A stretch of DNA of 46,684 bases, taken from NCBI GenBank assembly GCA_024704765.1, contig JAKMXF010000354.1:1-46684 (forward strand), written 5' to 3'. The translations under genes were made by a program, and so were the position numbers. The stretch is from Oopsacas minuta. Its lineage: Eukaryota; Animalia; Porifera. Below the pieces are notes generated by a model that had not been told where the DNA came from, did not search any database, and saw nothing but the letters and a program-made list of their open reading frames with translations. Shown piece after piece: positions 12,301-25,300 of the stretch. The number at the start of each line of letters is the position of its first letter. The first letter of the stretch is position 1.

Positions 12301-15300
12301 CGCTTGCTCGCGCTGCGGCTTGCGAACACTGTGTTCGCATGGGGCTCGGCACTTCGTGCCTCGAATTGAGTAAAGTAGAAAAGTAGAAAAATATTCACAG
12401 AACGTTGGTGATAAATTCATATTTTTAATCAGCGTATCTGATTACCCCAGCATAACGGTTGAAAGAAAGTTTCTAGGATTGATTAGAAAAGTGTTTACTT
12501 TATACACCTAAAAAATAACAAATATTCACAATACGTGGTTGAAATATCATTTTCGGATTCAGTGTCTTGACTACCCCTATATATCTGTTGAGAGCAATTC
12601 TCTAAGTATATTTCGAGATTTCAACTATTTGTTTACTTTATATTCATAAAAACAACAATAAATGTACATATGAGAAACTTGAAATGTGAAAATCTGATCC
12701 CGCATGTTCGATGTATTTAGTGAAGTTTTATTGAATTCTATTTACTACCTTTGATAAACACGATAAATACATAGTTATGCGTCAATATCAAAATGGCATA
12801 CCGTAAATTCTTTCCTTGACAACGGACAAACAACAACTAAACAAACAACAATTGAGATTTAATGATATAGATACGCGGGGGTACTAGGAAAGTTTCGTCG
12901 TTAGATAGTGAAAGCATTAAATATAATTAATATGGTGCTCAGAGGCGTAACTAGGTTTTCTTCTTTGGTGTTGCCACTGGTGGGATTGCTACCAACCCCA
13001 AATAACATAGAGGTTACGTATGAAGTCACATGAGGCTAAATCAGGAGAATACGGTGGATGCGGCAGGGTAGATAAACCATTTGCTTGAATATTATCCATT
13101 GTATGAGCCGCTTTATGTGCTGGTGCATTATCATGGCGCCATCGAGTATGCATCGTAAGCCAGTTTTCGGTCGACGATGCTTGATCTCATCGAAGCTGCT
13201 TTCAAACAAACATTGGTATTCCATTTTGCAGGAATCGTAGCACCCTTTTCAAGTTTAACAACCTTTATCAAACCTTGAGGATTGAAGAAATTGCGTACAT
13301 CCTCCCTGACTACTAACTTTGGCCGTTTCACATGGGCAGGTTGAGGAGCATCTTCGAATACCCACAATTTCGCTTTCTCCTTTGGAGAAGGTCGTAGTGA
13401 TATATCCACGGTTCATCACCGGTAACAATGTCATATCTCCACCTCCCTTGGTCAGAGTTATATTGATCGAGCATATATTGACAAAATTCAACTCGGCCTT
13501 CGGTGGTTGCATCAACTTATGAGAGACCACCGACAACATAGCTTCCTGATAAACAGATGTTCATGTAAAATCGAATTAATAGCTGGAGATAAAATCTTCA
13601 GGGTTTCCTCTAACTGTTTGTAAGAATATCTTTTTGAAATGCAGAAACTATTAGGTGATGTGTAGTCTCATTACGCGCTATACAAAGGTGGTATCGCGAA
13701 TTCAAGATGGGTAGGACATCGTTTGAAGATGAACCTCGTTCTGGAAGACCAAACAAAGTTACATAAGAGATGGTGTGGATAGTGAAGTGTTTGCGAACCT
13801 ACATATCACTTCTGTTGATAACTCACACTTGAATTTGTAGTATATTATTACCCGTAATTCGATCTTGCCTAACGTTTCCATGGAGATATGAAAATATGCT
13901 AAATACATTAGAACTCGGATATAATGTACCCTCAAGGGAGAGAAAAAAAGTACGTCGTAACCGAAACTACGTCATAACTGAGTTATATATTACATAGAAT
14001 CCTATGTAATCTGAAAATTCTGGTTCAGAAATTTAGTATATTATATGCCGAAAAATGTTATATCCGAGTTCTATTGTAATTGTATCAATTTTGTGAATTT
14101 TCGTATGAAAATTTTTGTAACGATAAATTTGGCGTTTAGAACTTGTGGGAAAGTTTTAAGTTGATAGTGATAAAATTATATATCTAACGACAAGACTTTC
14201 CTAGTACCCCCTATCAGTGGCGTCGTGCTTGGAAATTTTCTGGGGGGGCACAGAGTCAATAATAAATCCCAAAAGAGTTATAAATATCATAATAAAAGTA
14301 CTCGAACTCTCTTTGGTTCAAACTATATTTCAAGTAATCTATGGAAAATACTATTATATTTGTAAATTAGTGTTCATATGTTCAGTACTGATATACACTA
14401 TTTCCTGGGAGTATTCCAAAATCTCTCGTGAATCTTCTCAAATGTTTTAGGGATTGAATTCATTCTGTTAGATTCAACGGACAATAACAGTAAATTACTT
14501 AACCTGTCTTCACACATTGTGCTACGTAATCGAGTCTTAATAAGCTTTCATTTTGAAAAAGAACGTTCACATGCGGAGGATGTCACTGGTAGTGTAAGAA
14601 TCAACCTATATAGAATGTTCAAATTGGGATATAAAACAAAAAATTAAGGGTTGGCCTATGTACATGATGTAACTATCAGTAGTATGCATCAAGACCAAAA
14701 GCGAAAAGCATTAGTCGATTCGGAGAAATAAACTATCTGGAGGCGGCTCATGAAATTTGGGGGGGCCCTGGCCCCCCCGGGCCCATAGAGCACGACGCCA
14801 CTGCCCCCTATATACGTAATATGATTACGTCACAACCACATTTAGGTTATTCTCCCACATTTCTGAGTTCTGAACACTTACCATCTGTAATTGTATTCAC
14901 TTATTCTCCTCTCTCACTCAACTGCTCAGTTGACTCAGTACCCGCCCCCGAATACTCTTGGACCAGAGACCTGATTCCTCTTAATGACGCGATTACTCAA
15001 GGGTAAATTAATGTTTTATTGTTTAGTTATAGTTTACTGATTAATTTGGGTACGTCTAACAACGAGATTACTAATATCATATCAGTGATAATTTTTACAA
15101 GAAACACGTTGGACAACCCTGTATCTTACCCAAACATTAAATTACGTTTATTCAGATATTTCTCTACTCCTGCACCTGGTATTCTTGTGAAGAATTCTCT
15201 CTTTAAAGAAGATAGCGGAAATTACACTTGTATGGTTTCCAACTCTGTAGGTTCAATACAACAGAGTACTTACATCACTATACTAGGTAATTATTATTCG

Positions 15301-18300
15301 TATAGTTGTAGTATATTGGACTGGCAATAATATCGAATATTTGTTTACCAAAATATTGATCAGGGATCATATTCTTGCTAGTTAGATAGAAATATGATGA
15401 GTGATAATTCTTATTCGTTTAGATGGTACTAGATTCATACATGAGCCTTCCTCTGGCTCTTTTGCGCTAGCACAAGATAACTATCTGGTATGTGAGGCTA
15501 GTGTAGATGAGGAACTCTCTCTATCGTTTAATTGGCAAAAAGATGGAATCGTTTTGCAGGTAAATAAAATGCCTTATGCGCGCTAAAATTTGTTTCTTTG
15601 TTGTATGCAACAGCTGCGTGCAACAAGTTATATCATGTATGGTGGGTCTAATGATTGTATATACTGAAGTTGATATATATTCCTCATCAGACTAACAACA
15701 GAGTGAGTTACGTATCTTCCCAGCAAGGAACTTTACTCTTCAAAGACGCCCAGCAGTCAGACACAGGAGAGTACCAGTGTATCGTAGAAGCTACAGATAA
15801 TAATTCCGGTGTTATAGCAGATAGTTATCTCTTCTCAAGACTCGTATCTATTCGAGTACTCAGTAAGAATGCCCAATTATCAATTTTTACTTGTATGGCA
15901 TTGTAATGTTACTTATGTTGGCTAAGCGGAACAAATACGTAACTCTGTTAAAATCTAAGCAGTGCACCTTCAGTATGCAATTGTATAATCTATTTTCTCT
16001 CTAGTCTATATACATAAATTTATCTACAGTCATTATTAATACTAAATGATAAATCAATTAGTGAAAAATAAGAAGTCTGCAAAAAATATCAGAGTTACAA
16101 GTACAATAGTCTAATAATTGTTTAATCTTTGAGGAAGGCTAATTCCTCTTGGAGGAACTCCACAAGTTGGGCTTGTTCTAAGTAATAAGTTAAGTTGCTG
16201 CATTAGTGACTGTCTGTATTTACTTTTGTATTAATAGATGTTTCTGCGGCTCCGACTGACCTGACGGTTACTGGTGTAAATGATACCAGTTTTACTCTGA
16301 GTTGGATATCAGCATCTATCCAACCTTCCTCCTTCTTCCACATATTTATATCTGTAAGATGAATAATAGAGCATAGAATAGATACATTACCTTAAATCTA
16401 TCCTATGTAGATACAGTTTATGAATGGCACTGTACAAACTGCTAATTCTTATCAAGTGGAGGAACCTGCTTTCTTAACAGGTCTCTTGCCGTATACTCTG
16501 TACTCGATACAGGTATCTGGAAGTGTTATCGGTCCCAAAAGTCAGCCTCCTTTACAGATACGTACTAAACAAGCTGGTTAGTTGCTTTATCTTATTGTTA
16601 CATAATATATTTTAGAGATAGAATGTTGTGGCTATTAAATATTAAAATCGTTTAGTTCCTACCTCAAGTCCAGTCGGATTATATTCATTTCTCATTAAAG
16701 AAGACTCACTAATGCTTAAGTGGGAGGTAAGTTCAAATACAGCTCTTATCCGTATTCTACCGTATCCAAATAATCTGGTACCGCTCGAAACGAATATCAG
16801 TATTAGGGGCTGCCTTAATGAATCCAGATACGAATACGTACTGATAATAGTTATTAAAGTTTGTCTTTAGCAAGGTTGCAACCGAATAATATTTGGCGAA
16901 TAGTTCAATATTTGGTTACCAAATGAATATCCGTATTCGGTATTTGGTTACCAAACGAATATCCATATTCGGTATTTGGTTACCAAATGAATATCCGCAT
17001 TCGGTATTTGGTTACCAAATGAATATCCGCATTCGGTATTTGGTTACCAAATGAATATCCATATTTGGTATTTGGTTACTAAATGAATATCCATATTCGG
17101 TATTTGGTTACCAAATGAATATCCGCATTCGGTATTTGGTTACCAAATGAATATCCATATTCGGTATTTGGTTACCAAATGAATATCCATATTCGGTATT
17201 TGGTTGGTCCAAACCGAATATTATTAGTATTCGGTTAAGCAACTATTCATGAATACTGATATTCGGTTCGATCGTTTTCAACCTTGGTCTTTAGCATCCT
17301 CCAGAGAGACTATCAGATGGGAGTGGAAGGAATGGAAAAATTGTCAGTTATGAAATCTCACTAAGCTCACAGCTGATCTCAACTAGAATATTCGATAATT
17401 CTTCTAATTACACTTTATATCAGCTGACTGACTTATCTCCTTACACATTGTATAGTGTGATTGTGACAGCTGTAGGAACTGAAGGAAGAAGTCCTCCTTC
17501 CTCAAGTCTTCTAGTTAGGACACTAGCTGCAGGTTTGTAATCTGGTCGTTAATTCATAAGTACTTCTTATATTAATGAGAATATGCTATGAATAGAAATT
17601 AATTGATTCTCGAATCTACATATATTTGTAGATTTACACTCCATAAATGGAGATAGTATATACTTAGTATTAATTATATATGGAGTATATCAGGATTATT
17701 CATGCTAACTTATATTGAACTCTAAACTCGTTTAAATTACAACAAAACCGATTTGTAACATTAATGAATCTTTCAATGGGTAAAGTCCAATCTTGAATTA
17801 CGTAGTCACGGCGATCATACTTTTAAGGTAACTTTATCCCACGCATGCTCATGGGGCACAGAACAATATGGAAGTAGTTATGATTAAACATCCACATGAA
17901 TAATATATACTACAGCCTACTGGTAACAATCTCTGTTGGAGAATATGTTTATTAGTGACATGGATAATGTGCGACATCCATCCACCGCGTATCCTGGGAA
18001 ATGGATAAATGCGATTGAGTTGGAATATGGCTACTTTTGGGAACCATGCTGTGTACATATGTTTGTATTCTAAACTGTAGTTAAACTTTCAAATTGCGAT
18101 TGACCCTAAAGATTAGATTTCAATTCAATAGCTAGTCAGGATAATATTGTCCGTCACATGATACGATCCTTCAGGTTTTTTATTATCCATGATCCATCCA
18201 AATTCCATTTAATGGCCTTCTGAGGCAATACGCCAGCTCTTACGTGGCTTTAGGTTAGTACTCTGAGCATTTTGGAAGACATTTCCAAAACTTTATTATT

Positions 18301-21300
18301 CTTCCATCCAACTGCTGGTGTACTTATAATTTGGGTAACTGTCTGCCTGTCTACGAACATTAACTTCTTCAATGATTCATCACAATTTTATCTAATATAT
18401 AAAATTGACCATATAACTTATTACAGTTTGATTTTCGAGACTTCAACACTACTTGATCGGTTCATGAATACGCTTGGCAGCACGGAGTTATATAAGTTAT
18501 TCGAGCACGCTCTTAGAGCTCATACTCTGAATTTTCCATATGCCTAAAACAGTAAATTTGTGTTACGGTTTAGGTAAAGATCCTCTATTTTCGCTTCTAA
18601 ATATAATTTCGTCAAAGATCCTACGCCTAAAGGAGCGTCCGGCGCTCCTAGATATTTCCTTGCTTGGTAGCGTCGAACCACTATGTAATCTGGTACAACA
18701 ACCACGTTAACCACTAGTATCCACAGTTATTAGTGTTTAGTGGTTAGTGTAAATTGAAACAAACTAAATCATAACGATTCTAATGTTTTAATTCACAACT
18801 GTCATACTTAGTATAATACTCCTTACACGAGAGGAGGGACTCTACAAATATGGATTCAATTATTATACGTAAATAGTTTTTAGGATTTTCACTATTTTTC
18901 CAAAATATTTTGGTTTACAAACATTTACAAATCACATTTCATCAATATGAAAAGTATATAGAAAATTCGGGACCAAATGACTAGTATTCGACTTTGCATT
19001 GGGCAGATATACGTAAATATTATTGTGATGTTCTTTGTATGTGCTTCTTCGACTAATTGATTTGAATAATTCATAATTCATGGAGATTTCTATGTATTTG
19101 TCAACTTAGGTCTCCTTTATTCTTTCATCTTAAGAAAGGAAAATATAATACTAGTTTTCCACATTTGGCGATCAATTTTGATAATATAAACTTCTGAATA
19201 TTAATTGAATGTGGTTTAGGATTCTAATAAAGCATATTAAATATTTCTAAATAATACATATCACGAAATAAATATGAAATATACATACGAGTTGGTCAGC
19301 TACCGGCTACCCTATATTGTATTATGTAATCAATTTCTTTTGGAAGATTTTAAATTTTGAATAGGGTAATATCCATAATACTATAGTAACTATACAGATT
19401 AATACAATCTTTTGTAGAATAATTTTTATATTATAAATAATTACTATATATTATTTTAACGCTGTAACCGCCATTCTTAATGAGTTATAAAATTCTTTTA
19501 GTTTGCTTACGTAAAATTAGCAATGTAGGAATTTTCCCTATGATTTACCTTACGAATAATTAACAAGTGTTTTCCACAGGGGTCGGTAATTATTATTTCT
19601 AAAATAATTTCATATATCAAATTGATGATTACTTAATAATTAATTATATTTAATTCATGGTAGCGAGTCTTTAATATATTTGTAAACATAAGATTACGCG
19701 CTAAAATATTTATTTCTAACAGTATACAGATGCTTAACTTTCAATTTCTATTATCCTATGGTGAATTGATGTCTATGAACTCCAACACCACTTTACTTAT
19801 TTACTTGAGTCAGATAGACTAAGCTATTGTATTCTGTGAAAAGATGAATTGTATGGTAAATGTTTAGTTGTACTTTCCATATAAACTACTACTCCATCTA
19901 ACACCTCTATAATAGACATTACTAATCTTATTTGCTTGATTAATGCTTACATGAGATTTAAAGATCTGGAAAGATTTATATTATTAGACCGCGAGTGTAA
20001 ACTGAGTGTTTTGATTTAAACTGAATCAATTCCATCCGGGGAGTATCCAATGGGGGATAGCAATTAATTTACCCTATACAGTATATATTATCACAATAAT
20101 ACATTATCGATTCGTGATAAAAGTGAGGTAAATCGGTTGGATTTAAAGTAGAATTATATAATATAAAGTAAGGAAAATCAAAATGTTATCGATTAAATTG
20201 TAATTATACTAAAACTGATATATTTTGTGTTTATAACATATAATAGAAGCTAGAACGTTTGACAATTTGTGAATCAAATAAATTATCTCTTTACAATAAA
20301 ATTAGTTAGTCATATTCTCTAAGTAATTCTTCTTCATTTTCTCCTATATCTTGAGTTGCTTTTCTCGTGATTCTTTTGTTGAACAGAGTGTGAAGGCGCG
20401 TAGCCTTTGTAGGGCCAAGACCCGGACAAGCCAACAGCTCTGTTTTGCTTGCTTTCATTACTCGTTCCATTTTACCGAAATGTCGTAGCAGAGTCTGTGA
20501 ATCTGTTGAGTTTACAGACTTAACCGAGGTTAAACACTCTCCCGCCCTCTTGTGGAAGTCAGTCTCTGCTTTCTCCATAATTAAGCCAGGAGGCTTATGT
20601 TCATACCTCTTATATGTTTCTATGTATTTAGCTGCTTCAGAGTTTCCATACGATAGCACCAATGTTAAATCACTTCTCATGACTGTCTGTGTGAGTTCCA
20701 TTAAAATATCTTTAACATTTGTCATATCAATAAGTACAAGCAGAACTTTGAGGTTATATTTCTGCATGCCTTCCTGTCCTATCCTTTCGTGTATGTACTC
20801 AGGGTGTAGACTGTGGTAACGTACACTTAGAAACAACACACAACTCCTCTCTCCTACTTCGAAGTCTGGACACACATCGGATACCTCCCATGGTGTATCC
20901 CTAATGTGTGGAATCAATGGGTTCTTCCTCTGACAAGGGTGGATGAGTAAGCGGGAAGAACGAGTGCTCACTTCAGTTGATAACTTTGCCATTTACTCTA
21001 TGTAAATAAATATATGGCATAATTTTATAATATTAATATGAAGGGAAATTTATCCAATTAGTGCGATTCGCTTGCTAGGTCGCTGTGGGAGAGGCAGCCA
21101 TATGCTCGGCATATCGTACCTCAGATTTAGCTTAAGTTTCAAACGGGTAAATTTCTTATAATGCTTTTGCTCGCTACGCTACCGCTATCCTATGGTTTAT
21201 TGTAGTTCCTCTGGTTTTTGTTTATTGACCTCGGCACTTCGTGCATTGAGTATTAAAAATTCTCAAATTTTCAATTTTTATACAGTCACGGTGACGTAAT

Positions 21301-22353
21301 AAATTTTCAAACGTTTAATTACTGCTATGAGTAACCAGGTGCATGGCTGTAGGTATAAGAACGTTATAGTCTCTTGGAAATTTGTTCCCGACATTATTTA
21401 GTAAAGATCCAAAATAAAAGATTGTAACTTTTAAAGAAATCTTAAATACATAATTGTAGAATCAAAATACATAAAGGAAATATAAAGCTTAGGAAAAACA
21501 AATACGTATACATCATAAATCAGTTTACACAAATCAGAGTAACATATACTATATTAAATTCTTGAGTCTTAGATTAATATTATTTTGCATCCGATTTTTC
21601 TCATCGATAGATTTCAGAAAAATTAATTCTGTCATAAGTCTCTTGGGGGGGGGGGGTCATACGAAGAAGCTTTAGGTTGTGATTCAGTAGGTCGTCGACA
21701 CAAACACAACTTCCTTAATGTATTTATCCATAATTTACGCGCCTCTTTAACAGCCAGAGTTTAAAGTGCTACACTCCCCATAATGAAAAGAAGAAATTAC
21801 TTAGATTACTTAATTCTGGATTGTAGTACTGTACAATTTTGACTACAGCACGATGTATTGGTTCCATGTCTAGTCACACAAGCTAAATACAGCTCTACAT
21901 AGGAATTGAATGTATTTGTAAAAGAGGATCTAATACCGAAGTCCATAATCAGAAACAGAGCTATCGCTGTGAAATATATTATGACTCCTAGAGTCCGTAT
22001 TATGAATTGTGTCTGTTTCTTGTTCATAGTAGTTAGAATCTGATTTTTCATTCTCAGCTGATTTATTATTAATAGAACACTTGTAAGAGACAAACCAACG
22101 GTTAATGACAGAGGAAATACAAACATAATTACTATAGCGGTTAAGTCCGGTGTACAGATTAATGGTGCAATGATGATAACATAACGCTAGGGTCTACTGC
22201 CAGTATATGATTAGAATTAGCAATGGAACACTAGTCGATATCAAGAATAAGACAAGATGTGGCTTCCAATTTGTTGTGTCAATGTTCCGTAGCCTGAATG
22301 GAAAAGCTATTATGAGCAATACTGAGATTACGTCACTATTCCTAGGATTGACC

Positions 22354-22385
<32 letters not shown>

Positions 22386-25300
22386 CGTAGCTACACTCCC
22401 AGCTACTCGAGCCATGATACGGTACACATTTCTTGCTGGATACCACGACCCACAAATAGGGACACGCATACTCCCATTGCTTGTGTATGAGTATTCACAA
22501 TGTAAACTCACATTTACACTACGGCTACCAAATTAGAACACATTTAATATTTGTAATAACTTACCCTATTATTTCAGTGGATGCCAGTTATAAGAACACC
22601 GGATATAAGCACCATCCTCTCGAAAACGGTTCTCACACATTCCTGTATATTTATGCCGTTATTAGAACATATATTGCCACGCTCAAGCAGTTGCGGCGTT
22701 AACCAGCCGCTACTGGTGGGGCACATGTTATTTAATTGGGGCAGACTTGCATAATGAGGTGGGTACGCTCAATTACCCCATCCTCGCGCGCCTCTGCTCC
22801 CAAGGGGGTTCATATAACCGCCATCGACTGTACTCATATGATTTGTCCTAACTCCTAACCTATAAATCCGAGACTTGAGTTATTGATAACGTCGCATATA
22901 CTGTCAATCCGTTGTGTTTGTGTTGACAGTGCCAGTTACATTTACCTGTTTACAGAGTAAATATATAATATAGGAGCGCGGTTCGCTTGCTCGCGCTACG
23001 CGGTTGCGAACACTTCTTGTTTACACTCGGGCCTACGGCCCTCGAGTACATAAACTCATAATCTTAATCGTAGCAAACACGACACTGCCATAATCTTAAA
23101 ATTTTGCCATAGCCCCATCAGTGGCAGCCTCCTCGCGCTGCTTCTTAACCAAAGTAACTCATTGAAGAGGACTATGTATTACATATAATGTAACAATTAT
23201 CCGTTATAACCAGACTACCAAAGTAATAGCACTGTACTTGTTATTAACTATTCTCTTAGTTTTATCATTCTAATAGAACCTTCAGAGGAACCTAAAGAAA
23301 TTTCTTGCAGAGCAAGAAGTTATACAAGTGTTGCATGTAGAGTAGAGCTACCCTATTCTACTGGTAGAAACGGATATATTGATGGATACGAGGTAAGTTA
23401 ACCTGTATTTGTTGGCTTCATTATACACTTTCTTACATTTTGTCCAAGGCAGACCTGTAGACAACTTTCCAGAAATATTTTCATATATGAATTCGCTCAT
23501 TTCCATGAAATCTCAAGCTCGAGTAATGTATTATTTAATCTGACACTGCCCTGATGTATTTACGCTAGGCTAATTAATTATTTAGATTTACATGGCGCCA
23601 GATGTAGGGTAATTATAAATTATCGAAAATGGAAAATCTACACATCACTTGGCTGTAATTATATTTGAGAATTTGAATTAGGCAACAGACAAACATTATT
23701 GTATTATAGGTTAGCTATAGAGAAGTGGATACAGAAGAATGGGACCGCATTTATGTGGGAAACAACGCTATCCTATCTTATGTGGGAGATATACGGGAGT
23801 TTTTTATTTCAGATTTATTACCCAACACCATGTACTATCTTAACGTGTCTCTATACAACAATGTGTCTAATTCAATTAGAGTAGGCCCATTCCTATCTGT
23901 TGGTCTTGTTGCTACTAGTAATCCAGGTTTGTTAGTGTACTAAATTATTGAATTTATTTAATCAATAATTCTATGTATAGTGCCAAGGTTAATTTTCAAG
24001 TAAAAGTTGATAGTTTGTATCCACGAAAGATTGCGCAAGCTATTTCACAAAACTATTTTTTGGTTTCAAAGTTAATTAAAAACCCAATATATTTTAGTCT
24101 AAGTGTGTTGTCTGTACAATTTGTGAAACAACAACAAATCAAATATTAATTACTTAGATTCATTAATATTAGTAACCAGCATTCATTAGTTGAGTATTTC
24201 TATATTAATTAATATATACTCCCTTAGTTCCAGGAGCTCCTAGTCAGTTGATATTATCAACAATTAACTCCAATTCAATAACAGCAAGCTGGTCACTTCC
24301 ATCCCGTCTGGATTCTGAGGTAACAAACTACGAGCTGATCCTATCACAACTGTCTGGCCCTACCCACAAACTCAAGCTTCTAGTGCTTGATTTGAATAGC
24401 TCTGTCAGTAGTTATACATTCTCAGGACTGGACGCTGATACAAGTTATTCTGTATCTGTAGCTGCTGGGAATAGCAATGGATTAGGGTTTGAGATGGAGA
24501 ATCAGACAACCTTAAATCCAGGTCCTCCCTCCCCTCCTAACTTCAGAATATCCATCTATGGCAGTACTGTATTTCTAGAGTTCTCTCCTGGTGCTACTGG
24601 AGGTAGTCCTATCCTCAGCTACAGACTGGAGTACTCATGGAATGGAGAGAATTGGTTGGAGATAAACACGTTTAACAGCTCTGCCAGAAAGTATAGTACA
24701 AGATCTCTCCCTCCCGGCACATTCCTTATTAGAGCAGTTGTAGTAACTCTATTAGGAGAGGCTGGGAGCGAGGAATTAATAATAATTATTCCAGATCGAT
24801 CTCTACTGAACGAACTCAGTGTTCAGATAGTAATAGGAGTTGCTGTGCTACTTCTCATACTGTCAGTGATAGCTGCTACAGGTTGTATATGTATCCTATA
24901 CATCAGACGGAAAAGTAGAATTAATTATAAATTTAGTCGTAATAATATATTGCCGAAAATAAATACGCAACACTATTCTTCTGATTCTATTCAAGACTCT
25001 TGGGACGAGACATGTAATGAACAGGTCAGGACACAGTATTTGACTGAGGAACAGATCGTGATTGGAACGCCTCCTGACTATGGTAACTTCGAAATAGGAA
25101 GCACCGTCCAATCTATAGAGGGCATATTTACTCCCGTTTATCTTACAACCTCACATCTACTCCATCTCTCTCCTTCTATCTCTTCTCTGCAGAAGCCTTT
25201 TAAGAACGACTGTAGTCTCTATCCTGTTTGGAGTAAGCCACCTCTCTTTGAGTCTCCTGCACACGAACCAGTGCCCACTACAGAGTCAAGGAGCTATGTT

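Noticed and set aside
12159-12420. ORFs sharing the peptide IYTVRGQKYSNTQIYCHKLY with ORF 11079-11462
   Set aside because: The identity results from the foldback element's inverted repeats, not from a duplicated gene.
16909-17205. Palindromic 32-bp repeats as a CRISPR array
   Set aside because: There are no spacers, and the array lies inside a TSD-flanked MITE within an intron.
17780-18600. ORFs 17849-18058 and 18272-18547 in IgCAM intron 13
   Set aside because: No recognisable motif in any frame I translated, and frequent stops. It may be decayed coding or TE sequence but cannot be supported.
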